NCBI GenBank assembly: GCA_018659145.1
Contig: JABJNB010000085.1
Location: forward strand, 124-64,123
DNA: 64,000 nucleotides
Direction: 5' to 3'
Origin: Rickettsiales bacterium
Lineage (GTDB): Bacteria > Pseudomonadota > Alphaproteobacteria > Rickettsiales > JABIRX01
Both the position numbers and the translations under genes were made by a program. Below the pieces are notes generated by a model, which was not told the DNA's origin, made no database searches, and saw only the letters and a program-made list of their open reading frames with translations. Each line of letters begins with the position of its first letter. Position 1 is the first letter of the stretch. Below are positions 45,414 to 56,436 of the stretch, piece after piece.

Positions 45414-47249
45414 TTATTTATTTTGAGTAGTTAGAAATTCAATGTCTTCAATATAAAAGCAAATCTTTTCATTACTAGGGTTTTTTAATACAAACCTAAC
45501 GTATTTATGATCTTTTTGAAAATTATGAGATAATTCATATGATTTAAATTCAGGTGTGATTTTAATTATCTTGCCTATACCTTCCCGTGGAGAGGGGCCA
45601 TGTCTATCGACTTGTAATATTAATTTATCGCTTTTGCTTTCTTTCCCTAATCTGATTTGTGCCGTGAACTTATAATCTTTTGAATTGAATGGTTGGTAGT
45701 CCAGTACAGCCGAATTTTTTTCTTCGAAGCATATTTTATTGGCCTTTAAATTTGTTTTTACATTTCGTTCCTTTCTTAGTTTATAAGTTGGAGGAAGGCC
45801 TAGGCTTGTAATGGTATTATGTAGAAATGTATTTTCGGCTTCAACTTTGCTTAAAGAGGGGTCGTTAGGTATCTTAATTGTGACATTGTTAAAATTTGTA
45901 TATGATTTTTTATTTGTAAATGTGACGGAGAAGTTACCACATCCTATTTGTTCTTTTGAAATTATATGGCAGCCTTTTTCTAATAAAAATACTGGGATCC
46001 CAAACTGAAAACTTGTCCATAACCATCTGGCCGGGTCGCCATAGATGAAATCAACATTTTTTTGCTCTTGTAGTAAAATGTTGGCTATTATTTTATTAGT
46101 ACCAACCCTATTCCTAGGAATGAGTTCTTCGTTAGGCTTCAGTTTTGTATATTCTGATAGATAGCCGCTATAATATCTATAGCCGTCATGGGTGCCTATT
46201 TTGGGCCCCATAGGGATTAGTATATGCAGGAGCAATAAACCACAAATAGCAAAGTAGTATTTCTTTGCTATATTGTACTGCGATAGGTTAAAGAGAATGA
46301 AAATGATAGCAAAGTACATCAAGCCTAAAGCATAGGTTGGTGATGTAAAATTCTTAGTAGGGTATAAAGCCGCTATGATGCCTAGAATATATAAAAACAA
46401 TTCTAGATGTTTCTTTTTTGCATGATATTTAAGACTGGAAAAGCACAATGATATGATAAGTAAGCCATAAGTTACATAGTTAAATAATATTGAGAAAACG
46501 TAGAGGTTTTTTTCTTTTGGCCAGTAGCTACTATCAGACATAGTTCTGGACATGTGTTCAATAATATTCTGCAAATTAAGTAATGAAAAGTCTGTTAGAA
46601 CAGCCAGACATGCAAATGTGCTTAAGGTGCTAATAGATATGATTGCGGCATCTGTGAAAAATACTGATAATTTCTTCTTATATTTATTTGAGTCGTATAA
46701 ATACGCAGTCAGTAATATTGCGTATAAGCAAAAATCTATTCTGGCAAAAACTGATAATGCAAAGCAGGTGCCACATATTAGGGCATAAAAATGATTGGTG
46801 TTATATTTTAATTTCTTAGTAAAATAGAGGGTGAGGAGTAAGAAAAAAGCAGCGAGGACATGCGTGTTATAATATAGACCCGAGAATATTAATTCTTGCG
46901 TGGATACAAATACTAGAGCAAATAAAATTATTGAAGATTTTTCTTTAATATAGTCTCTAGCAATCAATGCGCAGATCAAGAAATTTAAGGAAGCTAGCAA
47001 TGCAATAAAATAGTACAAAAACTTAGCTTGTTCGCCGAAAATATTGTAAATAAAATTACCGAGATAAAAAATTAGAGGTTGAGCAGATAGATTGTATTTA
47101 AAGGTATCGTAATTTAGAGTAATAGACCCATATATTAACGAGGCCCCATCTTCATCATAGAAGGTATTTCCTGTGTGCAAAAATAAGAAGGCTAAAATTG
47201 TAAAAAATGATATATAGATTATATTATTTTGATTCAAAGAATGGGACAT
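45414..47249 (-). CDS. GT-C-fold (ArnT/PMT-like) polytopic glycosyltransferase candidate with a C-terminal beta-sandwich (CBM-like) domain
   Basis: About 11 hydrophobic helices in residues 1-400, with an acidic first-loop motif FYDEDGASLIY. The soluble tail of about 200 aa ends ...YVRFVLKNPSNEKICFYIEDIEFL, a pattern typical of jelly-roll carbohydrate-binding modules. Confidence 0.7.
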   Translation of the reverse strand: MSHSLNQNNIIYISFFTILAFLFLHTGNTFYDEDGASLIYGSITLNYDTFKYNLSAQPLIFYLGNFIYNIFGEQAKFLYYFIALLASLNFLICALIARDYIKEKSSIILFALVFVSTQELIFSGLYYNTHVLAAFFLLLTLYFTKKLKYNTNHFYALICGTCFALSVFARIDFCLYAILLTAYLYDSNKYKKKLSVFFTDAAIISISTLSTFACLAVLTDFSLLNLQNIIEHMSRTMSDSSYWPKEKNLYVFSILFNYVTYGLLIISLCFSSLKYHAKKKHLELFLYILGIIAALYPTKNFTSPTYALGLMYFAIIFILFNLSQYNIAKKYYFAICGLLLLHILIPMGPKIGTHDGYRYYSGYLSEYTKLKPNEELIPRNRVGTNKIIANILLQEQKNVDFIYGDPARWLWTSFQFGIPVFLLEKGCHIISKEQIGCGNFSVTFTNKKSYTNFNNVTIKIPNDPSLSKVEAENTFLHNTITSLGLPPTYKLRKERNVKTNLKANKICFEEKNSAVLDYQPFNSKDYKFTAQIRLGKESKSDKLILQVDRHGPSPREGIGKIIKITPEFKSYELSHNFQKDHKYVRFVLKNPSNEKICFYIEDIEFLTTQNK

Positions 47250-47491
47250 ATAATATTATTATGTGATGAGTGAGTGGTGGTCACCTGTAAGTATAAGGGT
47301 AAGTTTTTTCATTACTAGGTATTTAGAGGGTATTCTGATTGATGTTTGATTATAAAGAGAAGTTCTTTTTAAACCAGTGGTTTTTATGATCTAAATGCGC
47401 TAGTAGTGTTTCTATAGAGCCGTATCATTACCATTGCCATGATGAGAGGTTTGCTTAGTTTAGCAATTTTTTTTACAAACTAATTACGCTT

Positions 47492-49948
47492 ATGAACAAA
47501 AATAGTGGTGATCAGGCTATCAGTTGCCAAATGAAAAAACAAATTTGTTGTATAGGTACAGGGGTATTGATCCTAGTATCAATTATGATGCTGATATTTT
47601 ATCCGTCCATTTTGCAAAATAAAAAATACGGATTAGTCCCTTTGGAGCAAAGTAAAGCTATGGATGAAAATGCATATCAGGTTTTGAGAGAAAATATGCC
47701 AGATTATAGCATATTTTCTATGAAAAATAATTTAGATTTTAATGCTGATTATGTAAACTTGCATTTGCCTAAGTTGCAGACACAGAATAAGGCCTTGTCA
47801 AGAAATCGGATACCAGCTTATGACGAGAGTAGAATCTTGGGTTTAAGTTTACTAGGACATCCTTTGGCCGATCCTTTTAATCCTTTGAATTTTTTCTTTA
47901 GTTCGTTTGAACCTGGGCATACAATTCTTCTTAAGAATATTTCGTATTTGTTACTTGGGTTGATTTTCTATATTGTGCTTATATTTAAGCTTAATATTAC
48001 TAATAATATTTGGCTGGTTATCTCCGGAGCTTTTCTTTATGTGTTAATGCCTAATAGTATTTATTATCTGCATTGGGATAATTATATAGGGCTAACAATG
48101 GTACTGCCACTGATATTTATAGGAATAGTTGATCTCTTCAAGAAAAATTGGCCCGCTGCTTTATTATATTTAACTGCCGCTGGGTCCTTTTCCTTCTTAT
48201 TCAATATGTTTGAATTATTTTGTTACAGTATAATTTTTACAACTATTTTTTTTACGGCCCTAGCTTTAAAGGAAGTTAGGTCATTTAAGGATATTGGATT
48301 GGTAGTAGGCTTAATTTTTGTTGCAGCTTCACTGATAATTTTGATTTCATTTCCTCAGATTTCTTACAGCATTGAATACCTGTCTGAATTAACTAGATCA
48401 GGTCATTTTAATTGGGATGTTTATGTAAAGAGGCAGGCTTATTATCCAAAGCATGAAAGTCAGCTTTTGGGCCTGCTTGGCTTTCCGGTGATATGGAAAA
48501 CGCAGCATAATATTTTTGCTAATTTGGCAATCATATTCTCAATAGTGGTTGCGCTTACAAATTATAAAAAATTAAGCAATGTGATGAAGGCAATATCAGT
48601 TACCTTTCTTTGTAGCTTTGTCTTCCTATTTGTCGGATTTATAGATCTTCCTTTGCAGTTGTTTAATTTTTATAACTTATTCGCTAATCAAATCCGTTCG
48701 CTCTATATTTTAACTTTCCTGGGATCTATTTTATTTATCTATGGTTGCGATACTCTATTATTTGAGAAAGAGACAATATCTTGGGGCTTTTTACGAAACA
48801 ACCTTAGCAAAGTTTTGGCTATTATGGTGCTACTTCATGTAGTTATAATTTTATATTTTTACTTAGGTTTGAATGTTTTTCATTTCTCCTCTAGGCTATC
48901 CTGGTACCAAGACTTGCTTAATCAAAATTATTATTTGTTAGCTATAATTGCGACTCCAATTTTTATGTTAATTTTGTGGAGCAATATACAGAATCACTAT
49001 TATGCCAGAAGGTTATTAATTTGTATTCCTTTGTGTATCATAGCGCCATTATTGATTTTTGCTAAAATGACAGTGCCATTTTATAGTGATGACGATGTGC
49101 TTTCTTTGCAGGTAAATAATCATAAAAGCTTTTCTACTAGAGCAATTCTAATTGACCAAAAAAATGAAGCAAAATGCCCTAATTGCTGGCAAAAAGATTT
49201 GGGCACTATCCTTTGGAGCATGGGAGAGGTGCCCATAACAGGTTACGATACAGGGATTAAGGGTAAAACAACGGAAATTTTCAGAGAGTTTTGGAAGGAT
49301 GAAGATTATAATACTCTAGCTTTAAATCCTAGGTTTAGCTGGATTCATTGGCAAGATTATTGGATACCTCCAACATCTAAAAAGTTAATTACTCGTAATG
49401 CTAAGGGTAGTTTTATTCAATCGAATATGATTAAAAAAATGCAAATTTTGGGAGTCTCGAGAATTTATACCAATTATCAGTTGAGTAATTTGGATATTAA
49501 AGATCGTTTTTATAATATGGATTTATATGATCTTGGCTTTGAAACTCCATTTTCGATAGTGAGTAATTGTGAAATCGTGGATATAGAGAGATCAATATTA
49601 AATAGTGAAAGCTTTGCTCAGAATGATTGTATAATTAATGATGTATCATACAATCAGATAAGTTTTAATGATGGTTTGCCTCAATTTCATATGCAAAATC
49701 AGCTAGCTTTTTTAGTGATCCCGTATGATTTTCCAGGGTCATTCTACCTGCTTGATCAAGATAGTAATATTAGGTTGGCAGAGAGTGGAGCTACAGGGTT
49801 TTATATTGTTGATTTAAAAGAGCATAATAATTTGGGCATTAATTTTGATCATGAATCTTTGTGGAATAAGATAAAGGTAGCATTATTAGGGTTGTTTTTA
49901 TTGATAATTATGTTCTTTTTGCTTAGACGTCTTTATGTAAAAACATAA
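47492..49948 (+). CDS. Large polytopic membrane protein, YfhO/GT-C-like candidate
   Basis: 818 aa. Many TM helices in residues 20-540, then a soluble region of about 250 aa, then a final C-terminal TM anchor (VALLGLFLLIIMFFLL). This is the topology typical of YfhO-type lipid-linked-sugar transferases. No catalytic motif verified. Confidence 0.7.
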   Translation: MNKNSGDQAISCQMKKQICCIGTGVLILVSIMMLIFYPSILQNKKYGLVPLEQSKAMDENAYQVLRENMPDYSIFSMKNNLDFNADYVNLHLPKLQTQNKALSRNRIPAYDESRILGLSLLGHPLADPFNPLNFFFSSFEPGHTILLKNISYLLLGLIFYIVLIFKLNITNNIWLVISGAFLYVLMPNSIYYLHWDNYIGLTMVLPLIFIGIVDLFKKNWPAALLYLTAAGSFSFLFNMFELFCYSIIFTTIFFTALALKEVRSFKDIGLVVGLIFVAASLIILISFPQISYSIEYLSELTRSGHFNWDVYVKRQAYYPKHESQLLGLLGFPVIWKTQHNIFANLAIIFSIVVALTNYKKLSNVMKAISVTFLCSFVFLFVGFIDLPLQLFNFYNLFANQIRSLYILTFLGSILFIYGCDTLLFEKETISWGFLRNNLSKVLAIMVLLHVVIILYFYLGLNVFHFSSRLSWYQDLLNQNYYLLAIIATPIFMLILWSNIQNHYYARRLLICIPLCIIAPLLIFAKMTVPFYSDDDVLSLQVNNHKSFSTRAILIDQKNEAKCPNCWQKDLGTILWSMGEVPITGYDTGIKGKTTEIFREFWKDEDYNTLALNPRFSWIHWQDYWIPPTSKKLITRNAKGSFIQSNMIKKMQILGVSRIYTNYQLSNLDIKDRFYNMDLYDLGFETPFSIVSNCEIVDIERSILNSESFAQNDCIINDVSYNQISFNDGLPQFHMQNQLAFLVIPYDFPGSFYLLDQDSNIRLAESGATGFYIVDLKEHNNLGINFDHESLWNKIKVALLGLFLLIIMFFLLRRLYVKT

Positions 49949-49970
49949 TTCAAAAAACTTACTTAAGTTT

Positions 49971-50753
49971 ATGCTGTTAACCAAAATAATCCAAAAAAGA
50001 AACTTACAAGCAGGAATAGCTTTGTTTAAACGGGATCTGTTAGTGTCGAGGCAAAAATCTTATCTGTCCATTGTATGGGATATCTCAGAGCCATTAATAT
50101 TGGCAGTTTTTTTCATACTATTATATCAAAGAAAAGTTTTTTCCGTGCCAAATGCGGGAATGAGTTATGGTTTATATGTCGCATTTGGCATGTTGCTATG
50201 GCAAAGTTTCTTAGAGGCGCTAACTCAGCCAATATCAATTTTTGACCGATATAAGAATTTATTTGCTCATGTAAAAATAAATAATGGGGTGATCTTATAT
50301 GCTTTGGTTTTTAGCTTGCTATATAACCTAGGTTTTAGGGTTATTATTATGTGTGCAATATTGGCTTATTATAAAAGCTTTGTCTTCCTTCATGTTTTGT
50401 TTTTTGTGTTTGCGAGTGTGCTTATTATAGTGCCAGGTATCTCTATTGGTTTTTTTTTGGCAGCATTTGGGCCTTTTCGGGAGGATATAAAAAGATTTAT
50501 CAGTTTGATTTCGCGCCCCTTAATGTTTCTAAGCTGCACTATCTTTCCAATGCCACCTTCTGGCGTGCTGTCTTATGTTAATTTTTTGAACCCTGCAGCA
50601 GTATTTATTAACAATATTAGGTATATAGCCGTGCATGGTAACTTTTATAACTTTGAGGCTCTAATAATATGGCTGATTGGCTTTTGTGTATTTTTTCTAT
50701 TCGCATGGAAGCTATTTAAATTTGCTATAAAATATTTAATGGAAAGATCATGA
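49971..50753 (+). CDS. wzm: ABC-2 type polysaccharide export permease
   Basis: 260 aa, six TM helices, N-terminal FKRDLLVSRQKSYLSIVWDISEPL typical of Wzm/KpsM/TagG. Its stop overlaps the start of the following ATPase gene. Confidence 0.85.
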   Translation: MLLTKIIQKRNLQAGIALFKRDLLVSRQKSYLSIVWDISEPLILAVFFILLYQRKVFSVPNAGMSYGLYVAFGMLLWQSFLEALTQPISIFDRYKNLFAHVKINNGVILYALVFSLLYNLGFRVIIMCAILAYYKSFVFLHVLFFVFASVLIIVPGISIGFFLAAFGPFREDIKRFISLISRPLMFLSCTIFPMPPSGVLSYVNFLNPAAVFINNIRYIAVHGNFYNFEALIIWLIGFCVFFLFAWKLFKFAIKYLMERS

Positions 50754-51982
50754 GTGCTCAGACTATAATTGTTAAAAATTTAAGTAAAAAATATACAAAA
50801 TTTCCTGATAAGAATAAATTCCGATTTTTATTTTCCTTATTACGAGAGTTCTTTTTTGATAAAGTTGATGACAATTTAAAAGGAGATGAATTTTGGGCTT
50901 TTAAAGACATTAACTTTACTTTGAATAAAGGTGAGGTTTTTGCAATTCTTGGGTCTAATGGTAGTGGTAAATCTACTCTTTTGAAGGCTATCTACGGATT
51001 GATAAAGACCACCTCTGGCGAGGTAGGTGTTAATGGTAGGGTGGATGCTTTGATTAATTTGGGGGCTGGTTTTAATCGAGATTTGTCAGGGCGTGATAAT
51101 ATTAAAAGCCATGCAGCGCTTCATAATTATCCAGTTGGTGGAATAGATGATTTGGTAGAGCAAGTTGTAGAATTTTCAGAATTAGGAGATTTTATAGATT
51201 CGCCAGTGAAAAACTATAGCTCTGGAATGTATTCAAGACTTGGTTTCTCGTTAATTACTCATATGAAGCCAGATGTTTTAATTATAGATGAAGTATTGGC
51301 TGTGGGTGATGTATCCTTCCAAAATAAATGCTTTGTGAAAATGCAGGAATTAAAAACTCAGGGTGTAACGTTTCTTATGGTATCTCATAACCAATCCCAG
51401 ATTGCACAATTTTGTGATCGTGCTTTATGGCTTGAGAAAGGTGAGTTTAAAGAATTGGGCGAGGCCGGTGAGGTTCTAAAGAAATATATCAAATATATGA
51501 ATGAGAAAAATTTTCATGTAGTTGATGAGGTAAAAAAGAATGGATCTAAACAATCAATATATGGGCCAATTCATAATTTTGAGAATCAAATTCAGAATGT
51601 AAAGGTGGAGATAGTTGGGGATAATGAGGAGGGTCAAATCATAACAGGTGGTAATGCGATTGTAGAATATGACTTTGAGCTATTAAAATCTGTTGAAAAT
51701 TTAAATGTATCGTTAAATTTTAGTAAAGAGGATGGTCGCCTTATGAGTACTATCAATACTGTAAATGGAGATCTATTGCGGTCAATTAAGAGTGGTAAAG
51801 TAAAATGCCGAGTTTATATTGAGGATTTGAATCTGAATCCGGGCATTTACGTGTTAGTATTTGTGGTTCAAGATAATCATCGTTATATCTACCGTAATAT
51901 TATAACAAAATTTAATATTTTAGCTTCGAATGATTTGGTATGGGGAGAGATTAATTTAAAATATAAATATCAGACTTTTTAA
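50750..51982 (+). CDS. wzt: Polysaccharide ABC transporter ATP-binding protein with a C-terminal extension
   Basis: GSNGSGKSTLLK, LSGRDNI, YSSGMYSRLGFS and LIIDEVLAVGD. An extra domain of about 150 aa follows the NBD, as in Wzt proteins that bind the terminal cap of the O-polysaccharide. Confidence 0.9.
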   Translation: MSAQTIIVKNLSKKYTKFPDKNKFRFLFSLLREFFFDKVDDNLKGDEFWAFKDINFTLNKGEVFAILGSNGSGKSTLLKAIYGLIKTTSGEVGVNGRVDALINLGAGFNRDLSGRDNIKSHAALHNYPVGGIDDLVEQVVEFSELGDFIDSPVKNYSSGMYSRLGFSLITHMKPDVLIIDEVLAVGDVSFQNKCFVKMQELKTQGVTFLMVSHNQSQIAQFCDRALWLEKGEFKELGEAGEVLKKYIKYMNEKNFHVVDEVKKNGSKQSIYGPIHNFENQIQNVKVEIVGDNEEGQIITGGNAIVEYDFELLKSVENLNVSLNFSKEDGRLMSTINTVNGDLLRSIKSGKVKCRVYIEDLNLNPGIYVLVFVVQDNHRYIYRNIITKFNILASNDLVWGEINLKYKYQTF

Positions 51983-53029
<1,047 letters not shown>

Positions 53030-55063
53030 ATGAACTTATCGATGTCTCAACAGAAATCTATTGCAATTTTTGCTCATAACTCCAAAGATGCATATTCTGG
53101 CGGGAGATATCATGCTTTTATTATAGCCCTTGCACTAGTGCGAGCTGGTTTTCGTGTGACGCTTGTGACAAATAACGTGCCGGTTTTTTATGATGATTTT
53201 TCTAATTATAAGGAAACCGAGAGTTTAAAAATTCACTTAGTTAAATCTTTTAAGCAGAAATATTTAAGCCAGTGTTTTGACATTGTTTTTTTGGTTCCAG
53301 GAATGGATGGTTACCATAATTCTAATATTTATAAATTGGCCCTCAGGCAGAAGAAGCAATTTGGATCCAAGTTATTTTTGTTGAATTTTGAGTCACCAAA
53401 TTGGTTTAATCAATATGCATCACAAAATCGTAGAGAATCTTTATGGGCTGGGTGGAAATTTGTGGCCAAACATAGTGATATGATTCTTTCGATGACAGAA
53501 GAGGCTGTTAAGTATGCAAAAGAATATTATGATGTAGATGATGTGCGGCATTCCTATTGCTATCCATCCATAAACAATCAAGCTATACAGAGTTTGCCAG
53601 ATTACCCGAAAGAAAAAAATATAATTTGCTTTTATCGCAGATCGCATGGCTCTCACAAAGGGGGTGGGGTAATAAAGGATCTGTTTGTGGAAGAAATGAG
53701 AGGCTATACTGTAAAGTTACTCTGCGGCCTAGATCTGCCCGATGGTAGAGACTATATCAAATTATTAGAATGCGCTAATATGTTTGGAATAAGGATTGAA
53801 GTTATTAGTCGGGTATCTGACATAGAAAAATTTACTGAATATAAAAAAGCAAAATTATTGATCTTTCCATCGCAATTTGAGGGTTTCGGATATCCTCCAG
53901 TTGAAGCATTAGCATGCAATACAGAATGCGCATGTTATGACCTCCCTGTGCTTAGGGAAACTTGTGGTAAGAAGTTAATTTATGCAAAACATTCTGATAT
54001 TAATGACCTAAAAGATAAAATAAGAAAATTTCTGAGAAAGAAAAGTAAAAAAAATCAGAATTATGCTGCAGAATTTATGCAGAAATATTCTTTAGACTCT
54101 ATGAGTAATAAGCTGGACTCTATTATAAGGGGGCTGGATACAAGGAAAGCAATAGAGGTATACCCCCATATTGGAGACTTAGAAGATATAAAGTTTTACC
54201 TCAAATCCTTTGCACTAAGTCGGAGTAGATTTTCTATTTGTAGTTACCGCTTTTTAAGATATTGCGTTCGGCGAACTAATCACTTGTATCATTACTATTT
54301 CTATCGGCCCTTGTCAGGCCAAGGCTATAAAAAGAATCTAATAGGGCAAGCAAAAAGCAATGCTAATACATCTATTCAAGGCTTACAAAATATTTATGAC
54401 TCCAAAAGGATTTTTATAATAGGCAATGGCCCAAGTGTGTCATATTCAGATCTAGAAAAGCTACAAAATGAGATATGCTTTTGTATGAATAGGTTTTCGA
54501 TGTGTTACGATAAGACTTCTTTTCGGCCAGACCTTACTTTTGTAGAAGATAAATTGATGATTAAGAGTCATATTAATAGTATCTTACAAAATGCCCAAAC
54601 GAGGGTTATTGCCCCTGAAATGTATACTAAAGAAATTGAGCATGAGTCGCTTATAAAATTTAAACTTTTGCCTAACCCAAGTGGAAAGAATCTTTCGCCT
54701 GATCATAATTCAGGAATTTATTTTGGTGCATCGGTAGTTTATAGTGCAATCCAAACTGCAATATGGTGTGGAGCCAAAGAGATATATTTATATGGCATTG
54801 ATCATTCAATGAATATTCCTAAAACTGTTGATAAAAAAGATAGTAGGATAGTTATTGCAAATAATGAAAATAATCATTTCATTAAAAATTATAGAGATAA
54901 AAATGAAGGATGGTGTTGTCCAGATTATCAAATGATTGATCAATCGTTTGATAATGCAAAAAAATATGCTGATAAAAATAACATTGTTATTAGAAATGCT
55001 ACAAGAGGTGGTAAGTTAGAAGTCTTTGAAAGGATTAATCTGGATGATTTATTTGAGAGATGA
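53030..55063 (+). CDS. Two-domain glycosyltransferase: N-terminal GT4 (GT-B) fused to a C-terminal MptE/DUF115 (Maf/CstII-like) domain
   Basis: Residues ~1-370 carry FPSQFEGFGYPPVEALAC (EX7E). Residues ~450-677 carry IFIIGNGPSVSY, CMNRF, AKEIYLYGIDHS and NNHFIKNY. These parallel C. jejuni CstII VIIAGNGPSLK, RCNQF, YKEIYLSGIDFY and NSHYIGH (from memory). Confidence 0.8.
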   Translation: MNLSMSQQKSIAIFAHNSKDAYSGGRYHAFIIALALVRAGFRVTLVTNNVPVFYDDFSNYKETESLKIHLVKSFKQKYLSQCFDIVFLVPGMDGYHNSNIYKLALRQKKQFGSKLFLLNFESPNWFNQYASQNRRESLWAGWKFVAKHSDMILSMTEEAVKYAKEYYDVDDVRHSYCYPSINNQAIQSLPDYPKEKNIICFYRRSHGSHKGGGVIKDLFVEEMRGYTVKLLCGLDLPDGRDYIKLLECANMFGIRIEVISRVSDIEKFTEYKKAKLLIFPSQFEGFGYPPVEALACNTECACYDLPVLRETCGKKLIYAKHSDINDLKDKIRKFLRKKSKKNQNYAAEFMQKYSLDSMSNKLDSIIRGLDTRKAIEVYPHIGDLEDIKFYLKSFALSRSRFSICSYRFLRYCVRRTNHLYHYYFYRPLSGQGYKKNLIGQAKSNANTSIQGLQNIYDSKRIFIIGNGPSVSYSDLEKLQNEICFCMNRFSMCYDKTSFRPDLTFVEDKLMIKSHINSILQNAQTRVIAPEMYTKEIEHESLIKFKLLPNPSGKNLSPDHNSGIYFGASVVYSAIQTAIWCGAKEIYLYGIDHSMNIPKTVDKKDSRIVIANNENNHFIKNYRDKNEGWCCPDYQMIDQSFDNAKKYADKNNIVIRNATRGGKLEVFERINLDDLFER

Positions 55064-56436
55064 GTGAGAGTCTCAACATATTGATTAGAGGTCCATTATG
55101 GACCGGTTGGACTTCGGGCTATTGTGCTTTTACAAGAGATATATTCGGACTATTTAATGCAATTACACCTAACGTTAGATATCAGTTCCATAGGAGGGAT
55201 GATATAATAGTTGGGAATTTAAAAAATTATTTTCTAAAACACGGAAATCTTCAGGATAAATACTATGATAGTGATGACATATCTCATTTTGACATAGTTA
55301 TTAATATAGGAACTCCTGCGGAAGTAGAGCTTATTCCGCATCTTAAGAATGTATTATATACATTCTGGGAAACGGATCTAATTAATACATATGACCTAGG
55401 TAGGGGACAGTCATGGACTGACTTGATGAACAAGTACAATGAAGTGTGGTCATCCTCTAATTTTGCTCTTGAGGTTTATAAGAAATCTGGCGTGACATCA
55501 AATCTAAGGGTTATTAGGTGGCCAATGACTTTTGACGATAATGAAAGATCTCAGCTATCAGATGAATCCAGTTCTGAGCGTATTTTTAACCCTAAGGAGC
55601 ATTTGTTGCTTAGGTTAGCTTTTGAAGCTTGTAAGAAATGGGGGATAGCATCAAAGATTAGGGGTGCTAAGTGGCCAATTGCTTTTGGTAAAAAGAGCGT
55701 TGCTAAATCAATAGATGGATTTAATTTTAACCGTCTTTTTAGCTCTAAAAAATACTCGCTTAATGAAATTATTGAGCAGCATAAATGTGTTTATTTCTCA
55801 TGCGGAGAGTTTCAGCCTAGGAAAAACTTTGAACAAATGATCCACAGCTTTTTACTTGCTTTGGGAAAAGAAAGTAAAGTATGTTTGATATTAAAGGTAT
55901 CTTTAGGATCTGTATCAAAGTTCAAAGATAGCAAAGATTTGATCAAGTATATTGAATCCAAATTTGCTTCCTACAGTGGCACTTTATCAAATATATATAT
56001 TATATGCTCGCATATACCAAAAGCGGCTTTGATGAGCATTCATTGCAAGGCGAGTTTTTATGTTACGACTTCGAAAGGAGAGGGGTTGGGTGGACCAATT
56101 ATTGATGCCATGAAAGAAAAAACACCAATAATAGCCCATACCTTCTCTTCATTTAAAGATTTCCTTAGCCAGGATAATGCAATTCTATTTGATTACCATC
56201 TTGAAAATGTAATAGGAATGCCTTTTCCGGCATATTCTGCTTTGCAAAAATGGGCAGCTTTTAAAACAAAGGATATTGTATCTGCATTTTCTGAGTCTTA
56301 TGAAATTTACGGCACGGAAAAATATACTGAGTTATCAGAATCAGCAAAGTCTAAAGCTTTTGAATTATTTGAATTTAATAATGTGAAAAAGGGTGTTACT
56401 CAAATTTTAGGATCGAATAATGAAATTATTAATTAG
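55060..56436 (+). CDS. GT4-family (GT-B) glycosyltransferase
   Basis: YTFWETDLI block and C-terminal TTSKGEGLGGPIIDAM (EX7E-type). Paralog of the next gene. Confidence 0.75.
   Translation: MSESLNILIRGPLWTGWTSGYCAFTRDIFGLFNAITPNVRYQFHRRDDIIVGNLKNYFLKHGNLQDKYYDSDDISHFDIVINIGTPAEVELIPHLKNVLYTFWETDLINTYDLGRGQSWTDLMNKYNEVWSSSNFALEVYKKSGVTSNLRVIRWPMTFDDNERSQLSDESSSERIFNPKEHLLLRLAFEACKKWGIASKIRGAKWPIAFGKKSVAKSIDGFNFNRLFSSKKYSLNEIIEQHKCVYFSCGEFQPRKNFEQMIHSFLLALGKESKVCLILKVSLGSVSKFKDSKDLIKYIESKFASYSGTLSNIYIICSHIPKAALMSIHCKASFYVTTSKGEGLGGPIIDAMKEKTPIIAHTFSSFKDFLSQDNAILFDYHLENVIGMPFPAYSALQKWAAFKTKDIVSAFSESYEIYGTEKYTELSESAKSKAFELFEFNNVKKGVTQILGSNNEIIN

Noticed and set aside
47250-47491. JUMPStart/ops (GGCGGTAG) antitermination element upstream of the glycan operons.
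   Set aside because: The motif is absent on either strand of the spacer.
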